A DNA stretch of 64,000 nt, taken from assembly GCA_030390025.1 (NCBI GenBank), contig CM059432.1, positions 40,798,001 through 40,862,000 of the forward strand, in the 5' to 3' direction. Of this stretch, positions 1-10,572 are shown one piece after another. Below the pieces are notes generated by a model that was not told where the DNA came from, searched no databases, and saw only the letters and a list, made by a program, of their open reading frames with translations. Each line of letters starts with the position of its first letter. Position 1 is the first letter of the stretch. Origin of the DNA: Squalus acanthias. Lineage: Eukaryota. Both the position numbers and the translations under genes were made by a program.

Positions 1-834
1 TGGTGGATATCCTGGAATAAAGACTAAGAAATGTAAAAATGTAACGAAGTTAAGATTTGAGAATAAGGATCTCTGATAATAGAATTGTAAGATTTCTGCT
101 TTTGGAACTGTTAATGTTGCGATTGAATCTCCAACTGTAATTATATGTCGGTTCTTTAATAAATCTATATATTTTTAGAATTGTCTCACATAATACTTCT
201 GTATCAAACTTGCAAACTCAATCTCTGTACACTCTTTGGTGAGGAGTTGCAGAATTCTGAGGGAGTTTTCCAGACCCTCATAATATCCGGAACGTTACAG
301 TCTAGCTAAACTTATTAAAAGTGCTATCTGGAGGACAGTAACATCTTCAGGTTGTTCCTTTCCTTTAGGGAGAGATAGTCTGGACCTTTAGACCCAATTA
401 AGCGTCTTTAGGATTCAGCTACCTCAAACTTTAGTTGAAAGTGAACGTCTGGGGAATACGCCTGATCCGGGGTAGCCCTAACGGGGCTAGGACTAGTAAT
501 TATCCCTTCAAGGCAGGATTTCTTTACACCTTATCCTCTTTTTTCCTCCTTACTTCTATCTCACCCTACACGCTCTGCATGCCAAACTGCACTACTTTCA
601 CCAGCCACTCATTTCCAGTTACTCTCCTTTCATTCTAAAGGCTACCCCTTATATCTCTCTTTCATTTCAGGTGCTGCAACAAGCGTAGGGCCCTTATTTA
701 AATATTTTAATCAGCGATTAACATACATCCGGTGAGCGTCCTGGATACGTACGGGGCAGCCTGATCCAATATGGTGGGCAGCGCACTTCTGACACGTGAT
801 GAGTGAGTGCACCCCACCTGCAAATTGTGCTGTA

Positions 835-1060
835 GCACTGGAGTGTAGCCGATGTAACACCTTTGTTCAGGAAGGGAGAATGATAACCTGGGTAACTGTA
901 GACCAGTTAGTCTAATATCAGTTGTGGGAAAACAGAATCGATAATTCAAGACTAAATTAATAAGCATTTAGAGATGCATGTGGTAATCAAGGACAGCCAG
1001 CAACAGAGTGACAGAGCTTTTGAACAAGTATGAGCTGATCAAAGAGAGCCAGCATGGAGA
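835..1060 (+). mobile_element. Decayed CR1 LINE ORF2 fragment
   Basis: Reads as W-x-V-A-D-V-T-P-L-F-R-K-G...RPVSLISVVGK with indels, matching the intact CR1 segment near 15060-15160. Confidence 0.7.
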
Positions 1061-1214
1061 AGAAGTCGTGAGAAAAGGTAAGCTTCCCTTAATCTAAATT
1101 TTTAAAAATATAAATGAGTGAACATATTTATAACATGTCAAAGATCTTATGTGTATAGTTTGCACTTCCTGTAAGTGTCTCATTTTCTTCCTGTCACAGG
1201 AAATAACTCAGCAG

Positions 1215-1440
1215 GCTCCCATCATAGCTCAGTTAGTAATTGCACTGCCATGTGGGAGATTAAGCAACACAGACCAGGAAAATCCCAATTTTGATCCATG
1301 ATCCCTGTTGAATTTACCGATCTTAACCAGTGGGCACTGCAGTTGCCGTCAGTGACCTTGAGCTAAGGAGGGGTACAAATGAGTGGACTAAGCAGCCATT
1401 TTTCTCTCTTGAATGCTATCCGGTGATTCCTGATTAATTG
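1215..1440 (+). mobile_element. Old tRNA-derived SINE (family unnamed)
   Basis: A-box-like TAGCTCAGTTAG followed by a decayed B-box-like segment; similar-looking pieces near 16820-16930, 17215-17290 and 51240-51460. Confidence 0.4.
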
Positions 1441-1914
1441 GGGAGGTGAAATTTCTCCAATTAATAATTTTATGGAAAAAGGGAAACTCCATTTTGTACT
1501 CAAACTAACATTGTTAATTAATAACAGGAGAAATTTTGCCCCTAGGCTTGTCTGTGAATATGTTGAATAGCCTGCTGATAACTCACTGTCATGGCTTACA
1601 AATCAAGAGTGGCCATTCACGGGGCCTGTGAGACTATACTGTGACATGAGTCAGACTTTCAGGAGCGGATAGAAGAAAACTGAAAGGGAAGGAGGAATCT
1701 AATTCCAGTAAAAAGTCTCCTTAGTCCATGCACGTTCCCCAGTCAAGAGAGCAGGAAGGCAGCCCTTGGCTTTTTCAATACCGCTCTTGAACTGTCACTG
1801 AAAGGTATATGAATGCCAGCTCAGGACGACTTGCCCTCTGTTTTTTTTCCACTCCATGCTTGATAGCTCCTTCTGAGGTCACAAATGCAATCAGGAACAC
1901 ACCCATTTTGGGAA

Positions 1915-2190
1915 TCACAATTGGTGACCACATATTCTATTGCTTCTTCCACCTTCCATCCTATCACAGACCTACCCTTTTGTTCTTTCCTCCCCTGCCC
2001 TCCTTTCCCTGCCTCTGTACTTTCTTAAAACCTGTTACATCTCTAACTTTTTCCAGTTCTGATGGAAGGTCATCGACCTGAAGCGCTAACTCTGTTTCTC
2101 TCTCCACAGATGCTGCCTCACCTGCTGAGTATTTCCAGCATTTTCTGTTTTTATGTCAGATTTCCAGCATCCACAGTATTTTGCTTTTGT
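1915..2190 (+). mobile_element. Penelope-like terminal repeat remnant with degenerate hammerhead ribozyme core
   Basis: CTGATGG-A-AGGTC-ATC-GACCT-GAAGC at 2059-2084, then CACAGATGCTGCCTCACCTGCTGAGTATTTCCAGCATTTTCTG; related copies near 10915-10990, 57549-57800 and 62763-62836. Confidence 0.55.
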
Positions 2191-2245
2191 CCTATTGCTT
2201 CTTGTTATATTTAGATTGACATTACTAAATAAACTATAATAAACT

Positions 2246-2469
2246 GTTTTACATCTTGACCTAACATTCATTAGTCAAGGAGACAGGATGTCTTTTTACT
2301 ATTTATTAAAACACTGTAATAGGACATTATATTAAGAACTGTAACAGACAGCCAAACTTCTCTCCATGAGGTAGGGGATCCAACTTGCCTGAACTTGCCC
2401 CTCAGGCTCCAGCCCCTCCCTCTCTGTATGGCCGGGGGACTGGGTCAAAAGCAATCTCAAAACACAACA
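2246..2469 (-). repeat. 3' LTR of Gypsy element
   Basis: Direct repeat of 6664-6887; begins TGTTGTG on the minus strand; AATAAA on minus strand at 2302-2307. Confidence 0.97.
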
Positions 2470-2481
2470 CTCCTTTCCCCC
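2470..2481 (-). promoter_or_regulatory. Polypurine tract
   Basis: GGGGGAAAGGAG on the minus strand immediately before the 3' LTR. Confidence 0.9.
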
Positions 2482-2493
2482 AGATAAAACCCC

Positions 2494-5400
2494 TTAGTCC
2501 TCCAGACGTCTGGGACGGAATTTAACTCGACTTGAGCGCCGCGGGACAGGCATATTCGGGGTGTCACTGTTAGCCTCAGGAAAACCTTCCTCCGTGGTTG
2601 ATGACTCTATGACACCCTCTGTGGACGTGGCTTCCGTCGTTGTTGCAGGAAGCAGGCCGTCACTGCTTGGCAGAGGTGGCGGAGACAATGGTCTAGCCTT
2701 TGATGTCTCAGTTACTCTCGCTGGAGTACGACCCCGTAGCTGGTCTACGTGGCGTCTGTGTAGCTGGCCATCAGGTGTACGGACGCTGTACGACAGGGGA
2801 CCCGTGGCCTGCTCCACCACGGCAGGCATCCATTTGTCTCCTCCTGTATAGCAACGGGCAAACACAGTCTCTGACGGCTCGAACTGCCTGGCGGTGCCCT
2901 GGTGCTTCTTAGCCAGCACCTCTTGTTTTGTGTGCATCTCGTCCTTGTAGTCCGGGTGTAGCCGGTCCAGTGCAGTCGCCAGCCGGCGACCCATCAGCAT
3001 CTCAGCAGGACTCTTCCCCGTTGCTGAGTTTGGTGTGGTATGCTGTGATAACAGGAACCTGGCCAATCTGGTTTGCCAGTCCCCCACCGATATCCTCACC
3101 AGTGCCTCTTTTGTGGTTTGCACCATCCTCTCTGCCTGCCCATTAGAGGAGGGGTGATAGGGCGCTGTGGTCACGTGGCGGATCCCGTTTCTGCTTGCAA
3201 AAGCCTTGAACTCCGCTGACGTGAAGGCTGCTCCATTGTCTGAAACCAGCATGTCGGGGACCCCATGTGTGGCAAACAGCAAACGCAACGTGTTGATCAC
3301 TGCCCTGGATGTCATGGAGTTCATAATAGCCACCTCCAGCCATTTCGAATGCGAATCAACCACTATTAAAAAGACCTTCCCCTGAAAAGGCCCTGCAAAG
3401 TCAACGTGGAGTCTTGACCATTTACGAGTGGTCCACTCCCAGGGGTGAAGGGGAGCCTTGGGTGGGCTATGGCTGGTCAGCTGACATGTCTCACAGCTCT
3501 TTACCACCTCCTCCACGTCTTGGTCCAACCCCGGCCACCAGACGTAGCTTCTCGCCAACGCCTTCATGTGCACAATCCCAGGGTGTGAGTCATGCAGCAT
3601 TTTCAGCACCTCCTCTCTTGCGGCGGCAGGAACCACCACACGGCTTCCCCAGAGCACACAGTTCCTGTGTGCAGACATTTCATGGCGCCTCTGAACGAAG
3701 GGCTTGAAACGCTCCTCCTGGACCTCGGAGGGCCAGCCGTGCAGCAGCCAGCGTAGCACCCGTGATAAGACTGGATTCTTCTGTGTGAGGCTGCCAATCC
3801 GCTGGGCATGGAGTGGGGCCTCCGGGACCTGCTCCAGTAGCAGCACCTCCAGGGGTGGTGGCGTCTCAGCCATCGGCCGGTTCAAGGGCAAGCGACTCAG
3901 AGCATCAGCATTAGCCAGCATCTTCCCAGGCCTGTAGCAAAGTTCATAACTGTAGGCCCCCAACATCAGACTCCACCGAAGCATACGCGGTGATATGATT
4001 AGGGGCATGGGCTTGGAGTGATGCAGGAGCCCCAAGAGTGGCTTGTGGTCCGTGTAGATGACGAACTGTCTCCCTAACAGGTACTGGCTGAACTTCTTTA
4101 CCCCAAATATGATGGCTAAAGCCTCCTTGTCAATCTGGGCGTAGTTACGTTCTGTTGTTGAGAGTGTTCTTGAGGCAAAACTGATAGGCGCCTCCCGGCC
4201 ATCTGGCTCTATGTGATCCAATAGAGCTCCCAGCCCGTATGGTGAGGCATCACACACCAACACCAATGGTTTGTTTTCATCATAGTGTGCCAGAACCTTA
4301 TCTGCTTGTAGCAGTTCCTTTGCCTGTCTGTAGGCTGTTTCATGATCTGAGGTCCAGTTCCACACTGTTGCTTGGTCTAACAGCCTGTGCAGTGGCTCTA
4401 AGATTGTGGCTTTGCCCTTGAGAAAACAACTGTAGAAGTTTAACAGTCCGAGGAATGCCTGCAGTTCGGTCTTGTTCTTGGGGTTGGGAGCGCTCCTGAT
4501 AGCCTCCACCTTCTCCGTAGTCGGATGCACACCGTCTTTGTCCACTCGGAATCCCAAGAACTCCACCCCATTGGCAGCGAACACACATTTCTCCTTCTGA
4601 AGGCGTAGTCCTACCTCAGCCAGCCGGCGTAGTACTTCCTGCAGCCGCTCATCATGGGCTTCCTGTGTCTTGCCTGTAATTAGTATGTCATCCAGGTAAG
4701 GCTGAACTCCCGGAACACCAGCCAACAGGGTGTCCATGAACCTCTGAAAGATTGCCACAGCCGTCGACACCCCAAACTGCAGCCTTGCGGCTCGGAAAAG
4801 TCCTCTGTGGGTGTTGATTGTCAATAGCTCGGCTGACTTTTCATCCAGGACCAGTTGCTGGTATGCTTGCTTGAGATCCAGCTTGGTGAACAGGGTGCCT
4901 CCAGCCAGTGTTGAAAACAGCTCTGTAACTGTTGGTAAGGGATACACATCTGGTAGCACAGCAGTATTAACCGTACATCTGTAATCTCCACAGATTCGCA
5001 GGCCCCCATCCTTCTTTGCAATGGGCACGATAGGGGTGGCCCAACGGGAGTTCTTCACTGGTATAAGAACCCCTTGGTTCACCAGCTTATCCAGGGTCTC
5101 ATCCACCTTCTTGCGCAACGCAAAAGGAACTGGTCGCGCCTTGAAGAACTTAGGCGCTACCCCTGGGTCCACTTCGATTGAGACTGGCGGTCCCCGACAG
5201 GCCCCGAGCTCACCAAAAACCTCTTCATAGTTCTCCAACATAGGCATTATGGGCTGTCGCTGTACCGTGTGTACTCCTGTCACTCCAATACCAAGGGGCT
5301 CAAACCAATCTCTGCCCAGCAGGCTTGTGCCCTGCCCCACCACCACATAAAGCGGAAGTGTGTCCTTGACTGTCCGATACTTAACTTTCACATGAATCAT

Positions 5401-6483
5401 ACCCAGCACTTGGAGTTGGGCTTGGGACCACTGCCGTAGCACGCCACTGACCTGAGCCATCACCGGGGGTTCACTTGGCCACAGCCTATTGTAAGTCTCT
5501 TCACTTATCAACGAACACGCTGAGCCTGAATCCACCTCCATGCCGAGTAGTGCCCCATTCACGATCACATTTGCTGTGTATCCCCACCGTCTGTGGTGTC
5601 GCTGCTCAGCTTCCGTGGTATACACTGTATACTCATCGTTGTCCTCCCGTGTCAGGGTGTGTGTCTGCGATGCTTGTGTTGGCTCTGCTGCAGCAGCCTG
5701 AGCTTTCTTCATGCAGACACGAGCTATGTGTCCTCTTTTCTTACAGAAATGACATACCGCTGACACAAATTTGCATGTAATGGCACCATGGAGAGCCCCA
5801 CAGCGGAAACATTTTCTTCCTGTCTGTTTAGTTGCCTCCCTGTCACTCGCAGCATCAGCTGCGTGTGTGGTCTTGTGCACACCCTCGGCGGCCCGAGATG
5901 GCGCTGCTTCTATACGTAGCATACCTGTGTTCATCGACGCAGCCTCTGCTGCTAAAGCCTTCTCCTCGGCCAGTCGGAACGTCAGGGCCTTGTCCGCTAA
6001 CAGCTGTTTCTGCAATGCCGAGTCCAGCACTCCACACACAATCCGATCACGGAGCATATTGTCTAAATGGTCACCAAAATTACAATGTACCGAGCGTTTC
6101 CTCAACTCAGCAATGTACCTTGAAATAGATTGTCCAGGCTGTTGTTTACAATTGTGAAAATGGAAACGCTGCACAATTTCTGAGGGTTTTGGGTTGAAAT
6201 GTTGCTGCAGTATTTCTATCAAATCTGAGGGTTTTGGGTTGAAATGTTGCTGCAGTATTTCTATCAAGTCCTTATAATCCACCTCACTAGGTTTACGAGG
6301 AACCACCAATGAACGCAGGACAGAGTAAGTAGCCGCTCCGCATACACTGAGCAACACTGAGCGCTTCTTCTCTTCTTTGTCAATATCATTGGCCTCCAAG
6401 AAACACCCCAGTCTTTCTGCGTATTCCTCCCATGAACTGTCCTCATCCCCAGAGAACTCTTCAATACGTCCCAAGGCCGTCAT
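2494..6483 (-). CDS. Gag-Pol polyprotein (Gag, zinc knuckles, aspartic protease, RT, RNase H, integrase)
   Basis: Open frame from first ATG (6483, MTALGRIEEF). Motifs: CFRCGALHGAITC and CHFCKKRGHIARVC, VDSGS, YLDD, CDASPYG...NYAQIDKEALA, HDSHPG...CETC, VDFAGP...SDNG...GQAER. Confidence 0.96.
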   Translation of the reverse strand: MTALGRIEEFSGDEDSSWEEYAERLGCFLEANDIDKEEKKRSVLLSVCGAATYSVLRSLVVPRKPSEVDYKDLIEILQQHFNPKPSDLIEILQQHFNPKPSEIVQRFHFHNCKQQPGQSISRYIAELRKRSVHCNFGDHLDNMLRDRIVCGVLDSALQKQLLADKALTFRLAEEKALAAEAASMNTGMLRIEAAPSRAAEGVHKTTHAADAASDREATKQTGRKCFRCGALHGAITCKFVSAVCHFCKKRGHIARVCMKKAQAAAAEPTQASQTHTLTREDNDEYTVYTTEAEQRHHRRWGYTANVIVNGALLGMEVDSGSACSLISEETYNRLWPSEPPVMAQVSGVLRQWSQAQLQVLGMIHVKVKYRTVKDTLPLYVVVGQGTSLLGRDWFEPLGIGVTGVHTVQRQPIMPMLENYEEVFGELGACRGPPVSIEVDPGVAPKFFKARPVPFALRKKVDETLDKLVNQGVLIPVKNSRWATPIVPIAKKDGGLRICGDYRCTVNTAVLPDVYPLPTVTELFSTLAGGTLFTKLDLKQAYQQLVLDEKSAELLTINTHRGLFRAARLQFGVSTAVAIFQRFMDTLLAGVPGVQPYLDDILITGKTQEAHDERLQEVLRRLAEVGLRLQKEKCVFAANGVEFLGFRVDKDGVHPTTEKVEAIRSAPNPKNKTELQAFLGLLNFYSCFLKGKATILEPLHRLLDQATVWNWTSDHETAYRQAKELLQADKVLAHYDENKPLVLVCDASPYGLGALLDHIEPDGREAPISFASRTLSTTERNYAQIDKEALAIIFGVKKFSQYLLGRQFVIYTDHKPLLGLLHHSKPMPLIISPRMLRWSLMLGAYSYELCYRPGKMLANADALSRLPLNRPMAETPPPLEVLLLEQVPEAPLHAQRIGSLTQKNPVLSRVLRWLLHGWPSEVQEERFKPFVQRRHEMSAHRNCVLWGSRVVVPAAAREEVLKMLHDSHPGIVHMKALARSYVWWPGLDQDVEEVVKSCETCQLTSHSPPKAPLHPWEWTTRKWSRLHVDFAGPFQGKVFLIVVDSHSKWLEVAIMNSMTSRAVINTLRLLFATHGVPDMLVSDNGAAFTSAEFKAFASRNGIRHVTTAPYHPSSNGQAERMVQTTKEALVRISVGDWQTRLARFLLSQHTTPNSATGKSPAEMLMGRRLATALDRLHPDYKDEMHTKQEVLAKKHQGTARQFEPSETVFARCYTGGDKWMPAVVEQATGPLSYSVRTPDGQLHRRHVDQLRGRTPARVTETSKARPLSPPPLPSSDGLLPATTTEATSTEGVIESSTTEEGFPEANSDTPNMPVPRRSSRVKFRPRRLED
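6179..6268 (-). repeat. 45-nt in-frame tandem duplication in gag
   Basis: DLIEILQQHFNPKPS occurs twice; units 6179-6223 and 6224-6268 differ at one base. Confidence 0.95.
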
Positions 6484-6652
6484 CGTGTTAATGTGCGCTG
6501 TCCCTTTAAGATCCACGTGGTCAGAGTTACAATAACTAAACTCACGTTAGTTGCCTGGATGTTATTAGCTGGGTGGCCCGCTCGTCGCAATATCCAATAT
6601 CAGATTCGTAGGTTCGCGTCTATCTCCGTCCTTCTAGAGAGTCCGACAACCG

Positions 6653-6663
6653 CCTCGTCGCCA
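6653..6663 (-). promoter_or_regulatory. Primer binding site, tRNA-Ser(GCT)-like
   Basis: TGGCGACGAGG directly abuts the 5' LTR; complementary to the ...CCTCGTCG-CCA end of tRNA-Ser(GCT) as I recall it. Confidence 0.8.
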
Positions 6664-6887
6664 GTTTTACATCTTGACCTAACATTCATTAGTCAAGGAG
6701 ACAGGATGTCTTTTTACTATTTATTAAAACACTGTAATAGGACATTACATTAAGAACTGTAACAGACAGCCAAACTTCTCTCCATGAGGTAGGGGATCCA
6801 ACTTGCCTGAACTTGCCCCTCAGGCTCCAGCCCCTCCCTCTCTGTATGGCCGGGGGACTGGGTCAAAAGCAATCTCAAAACACAACA
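6664..6887 (-). repeat. 5' LTR of Gypsy element
   Basis: Identical to 2246-2469 except C6748 versus T2330. Confidence 0.97.
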
Positions 6888-7716
6888 AACTGGAAGCTCT
6901 CATTACACACTGTGGCTTGGTGTAGAAGTGCTACTTTAGAAGCAATAGAATAACAAGGAAAGGAGTTCTAGTGTGAACAAGTTCTGTCTCGTTGGTAGTC
7001 AGATAATTCATATTCACAGCATAAGGGTGGATAGACAGGTTCTGTGGAATCCTGTTTAAAGTGGGACAGCAGATTAGCCCTGACTCACACAGTTTGGTTT
7101 CAGCAAGTTGGTTATGATTGCTGACTGAGTCTCACATCACTGTGACATATTTTCAAATGGAGACTGCGCGTTATGACTGAGAATAAACCTTGCTGCTGTT
7201 CCATAGATTTGTAACAACTACAGAAAGATGCTCCCTTATGTTGCCCATTTGTCACGCTCCTGTTCAGGGAGAGTGATCTCTATGCATCATTCTGCTGCTT
7301 TTAATTTTATAGTTGGGAGCTGAAGGAACTGCGCTCCATTGTGAAATGCAGTGACTCAGCTGATTCATCATTGGAAATGCGATGGGCCACTCCTTGACTC
7401 CTTGTGTTTACTTCAATGAAACTGCCTTCCTTAATCTGACAGCACATTTATTTTTGTGGGTCTACGACGCTGTCGGCTCCCCTAGTATGAGGGGATTTAT
7501 ATAATGGAATGCAGCTGAATGAGGGAGACCCCCATTACTCCTGTTGTTTGTGCTCCGAGTAGGCAAAAGCAATTTCAATGTTCAGCCTCTTTGGTTCACT
7601 GGGGGTTAAAGAAATGCACCTGAATGAGGATGCAAATGAATAAGCCCTGTAGGCAGATCCAGTTTGAATATAGCATGACTGTTTTTCTTTCTGATTTAGC
7701 AGGCTTACATATATTG

Positions 7717-8889
7717 ATGAGGTGAGGTGAGGTGAGAGTGACTGCCCTTGACATCAAGGCAGCATTTGACCGAGTGTGGCATCAAGGAGCCCCAGTAAAA
7801 CTGAAGTCAATGGGAATCAGGGGGAAAACTCTCCACTGGCTGGAGTCATACCTAGCACAAAGGAAGATGGTTGTGGTGGTTGGAGGTCAATCATCACAGC
7901 CCCAGGACATCGCTGCAGGAGTTCCTCAGGGCAGTGTCCTAGGCCCAACCATCTTCAGCTGCTTCATCAATGACCTACCCTCCATCATAAGGTCAGAAGT
8001 GGGGATGTTCGCTGATGACTGCACAGTGTTCAGTGCCATTCGCAACTCCTCAGATAATGAAGCAGTCCATGCCCGCATGCAGCAAGACCTGGATGACATT
8101 CAGGCTTGGGCTGATAAGTGGCAGGTACATTCGCGCCACAGAAGTACCAGGCAATCACTATCTCCAACAAGAAAGCATCTAACCACCGCCCCGTGACATT
8201 CAACGGCATTACCATCGCCAAATCCCCCACCATCAACATCCTAGGGGTCACCATTGACCAGAAACTTAACTGGACCAGCCACATAAATAATGTGGCAAGA
8301 AGAACAAGTCAGAGGCTGGGTATTCTGCAGCAAGTGTCTCACCACCATCTACAAGGCACAAGTCAGGAGTGTGATGGAATACTCTCCACTTGCCTGGATG
8401 AGTGCAGCTCCAACAACACTCAAGAAGCTCAACACCATCTAGGACAAAGCAGCCCGCTTGATTGGCACCCCATCCACCACCTTAAACATTCACTCCCTCC
8501 ACCACCGGCATACTATGACTGCAGTGTGTACCATCTACAAGATGCACTGCAGCAACTCGCCAAGGCTTCTTCGGCAGCACCTCCCAAACCCGCAACCTCT
8601 ACCACCTAGAAGGACAAGGGCAGCAGGCGCATGGAAACACCACCACCTCCAAGTTCCCCTCCAAGTCACACACCATCCTGACTTGGAAGTATATCGCTGT
8701 TCCTTCATCGTCGCTGGGTCAAAATCCTGGAACTCCCTCCCTAACAGCACTGTGGGAGTACCATCACCACACGGACTGCAGTGGTTCAAGAAGGCGGCTC
8801 ACCACCACCTTCTCAAGGACAATTAGGGATGGGCAATAAATGCTGGCCTTGCCAGCGATGCCCACATCCCATGAATGAATAAAAAAAAA
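7717..8889 (+). mobile_element. 5'-truncated LINE, family B (CR1/L2-group RT)
   Basis: ALDIKAAFDRVWH, GVPQGSVLGP, FADD; tail GGGATGGGCAATAAATGCTGGCCTTGCCAGCGATGCCCACATCCCATGAATGAAT plus A-run; frameshifts. Confidence 0.92.
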
Positions 8890-8984
8890 TTGCAACCTAT
8901 ATTATATAAAGAAGATCTATCAGTCACACAATTCCATTATATTGTGGAAAGCACATTTTATTTCTTATAATTAAAAGTGGCACC

Positions 8985-9877
8985 CCAGTGTTACTAGTGG
9001 GGTGCCATAAGGATCAGTGCTTGGGCCTCAGCTATTTACAATCTATATTAATGACTTAGATGAAGGGACCAAGTGTAATGTAGCCAAGTTTGCTGACGAT
9101 ACAAAGCTAGGTAGGAACGTAAGCTGTGAGGAGGACACAAGAATCTGCAAAGGGATATAGACAGGCTAAGTGAGTGGGCAAGAAGGTGGCAGATAGAAAT
9201 AATGTGGGAAAATGTGAGGTTATTCACTTTGGTAGCAAGAATAGAAAAACAGAATATTTTTTAAATGGTGAGAAACTATTAAATGTTGGTGTTCAGAGAG
9301 ATTTGGTTGGCCTTGTACACGAAACACGGAAAGTTAACATGCAGGTACAGCAAGCAATTAGGAAGGCAAATAGTATGTTGGCCTTTATTGCAAGGGGGCT
9401 GGAGTACAAGAGTAAGAAAGTCTTGCTGCAATTGTATAGGGCTTTGGTGAGACCACACCTGGAGTACTGTGTATGGTTTTGATCTCCATACCTAAGGAAG
9501 GATATACTTGCCTTAGAGTATGTGCAACAAAGGTTCACTAGATTGATTCCTGGGATGAGAGTGTTGTCCTATGAGGAGAGATTGAGTAGAATCGGCCTAT
9601 ACTCTCTGGAATTTAGAAGAATAAGATGTGATCTCATTGGAATGTATAAGAGTCTGAGACTGCTTGACAGGATAGATGCTGAGAGGTTGTTTCCCCTGGC
9701 TGGAGAGTCTAGAACTGGGGGCATAGTCTCAGGATAAGGGGTTGGCCATTTAGGACTGAAATGAGGAAAAATTTCTTCACTCAGAAGGTTGTGAATCTTT
9801 GGAATTTTCTACCCCAGAGGGCTGTGGGTGCTCATTCATTGAGTATATTCAAGGCTGAGATCGATAGATTTTTGGGC
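8985..9877 (+). mobile_element. CR1 LINE 3' fragment (HER1-like)
   Basis: KFADDTKLG, KCEVIHFG, LVRPHLEYCV, MRKNFFTQKVVNLWN with stops and frameshifts. Confidence 0.9.
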
Positions 9878-10572
9878 TCCTTGTTGCTACACTCAGTGGA
9901 ATGCTGCCTTGATGTCAAGGGCAATTACTCTCACCTCACCTCTCGAATTCAGCTCTATTGTCCATGTTTGGACTAAGGCTGTAATGAGGTCTAGAGCCAA
10001 GTGGTCCTGGCAGAACTCAAACTGAACATCGGTGAGCAGGTTATTGGTGTGTAAGTGCCGCTTGATAGCATTGTTGACAACACCTTCCATCACTTTGCTG
10101 ATGATTGAGAATAGACTGATGGGATGGTAATTGGCCGCATTGGATTTGTCCTGCTTTTTGTGGACAGGACATACCTGGGCAATTTCCCACATTGTCAGGT
10201 AGATGCCAGTGTTGTAGCTGTACTGAAATAGCTTGGCTAGAGGTGTGGCTAATTCTGGAGCACAAGTCTTCAGCATGACAGCCGGGATGTTGTCGGGGCC
10301 CACAGCCTTTGCTGTATCCAGTGCACCCAGCCGTTTCTTGATATCACATGGAGTGAATCAAATTGGCTGAAGACTGGCTTCTGTGATGATGGGGACCTCA
10401 GGAAGAGGCCGAGATGGATCATCCACTTGGCACTTCTGGCTGAAGATGGTTGTGAACACTTCAGCCTTGTCTTTTGCACTCATGTGCTGGGCTCCACCAT
10501 CATTGAGGATGGGAATATTCATGGAGCCTCCTCCTCCTGTTAGTTGTTTAATTGCCCACCACCTATTCACGA
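9878..10572 (-). mobile_element. LINE family B internal fragment
   Basis: GPDNIPAVMLKTCAPELA...NYHPISLFSIISKVME...ALDIKAAF on the minus strand. Confidence 0.88.

Larger units (their letters stand above)
2246..6887 (-). mobile_element. Full-length Ty3/Gypsy LTR retrotransposon (Mag/K02A2.6-like, no env)
   Basis: Two 224-bp LTRs differing at one base, PBS, polypurine tract, one uninterrupted gag-pol ORF in Gypsy order PR-RT-RH-IN, flanking AACT duplication. Confidence 0.97.

Noticed and set aside
2561..6753. Many plus-strand and alternate-frame ORFs over the Gypsy element (possible antisense gene or env)
   Set aside because: Shadows of a GC-rich coding region; pol stop lies 12 nt from the PPT, leaving no room for env.
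7717..10572. Twin-priming 5' inversion joining the plus and minus LINE-B pieces
   Set aside because: The inverted piece lies beyond the 3' tail and a CR1, overlaps the same RT segment with differences, and no shared TSD is visible.
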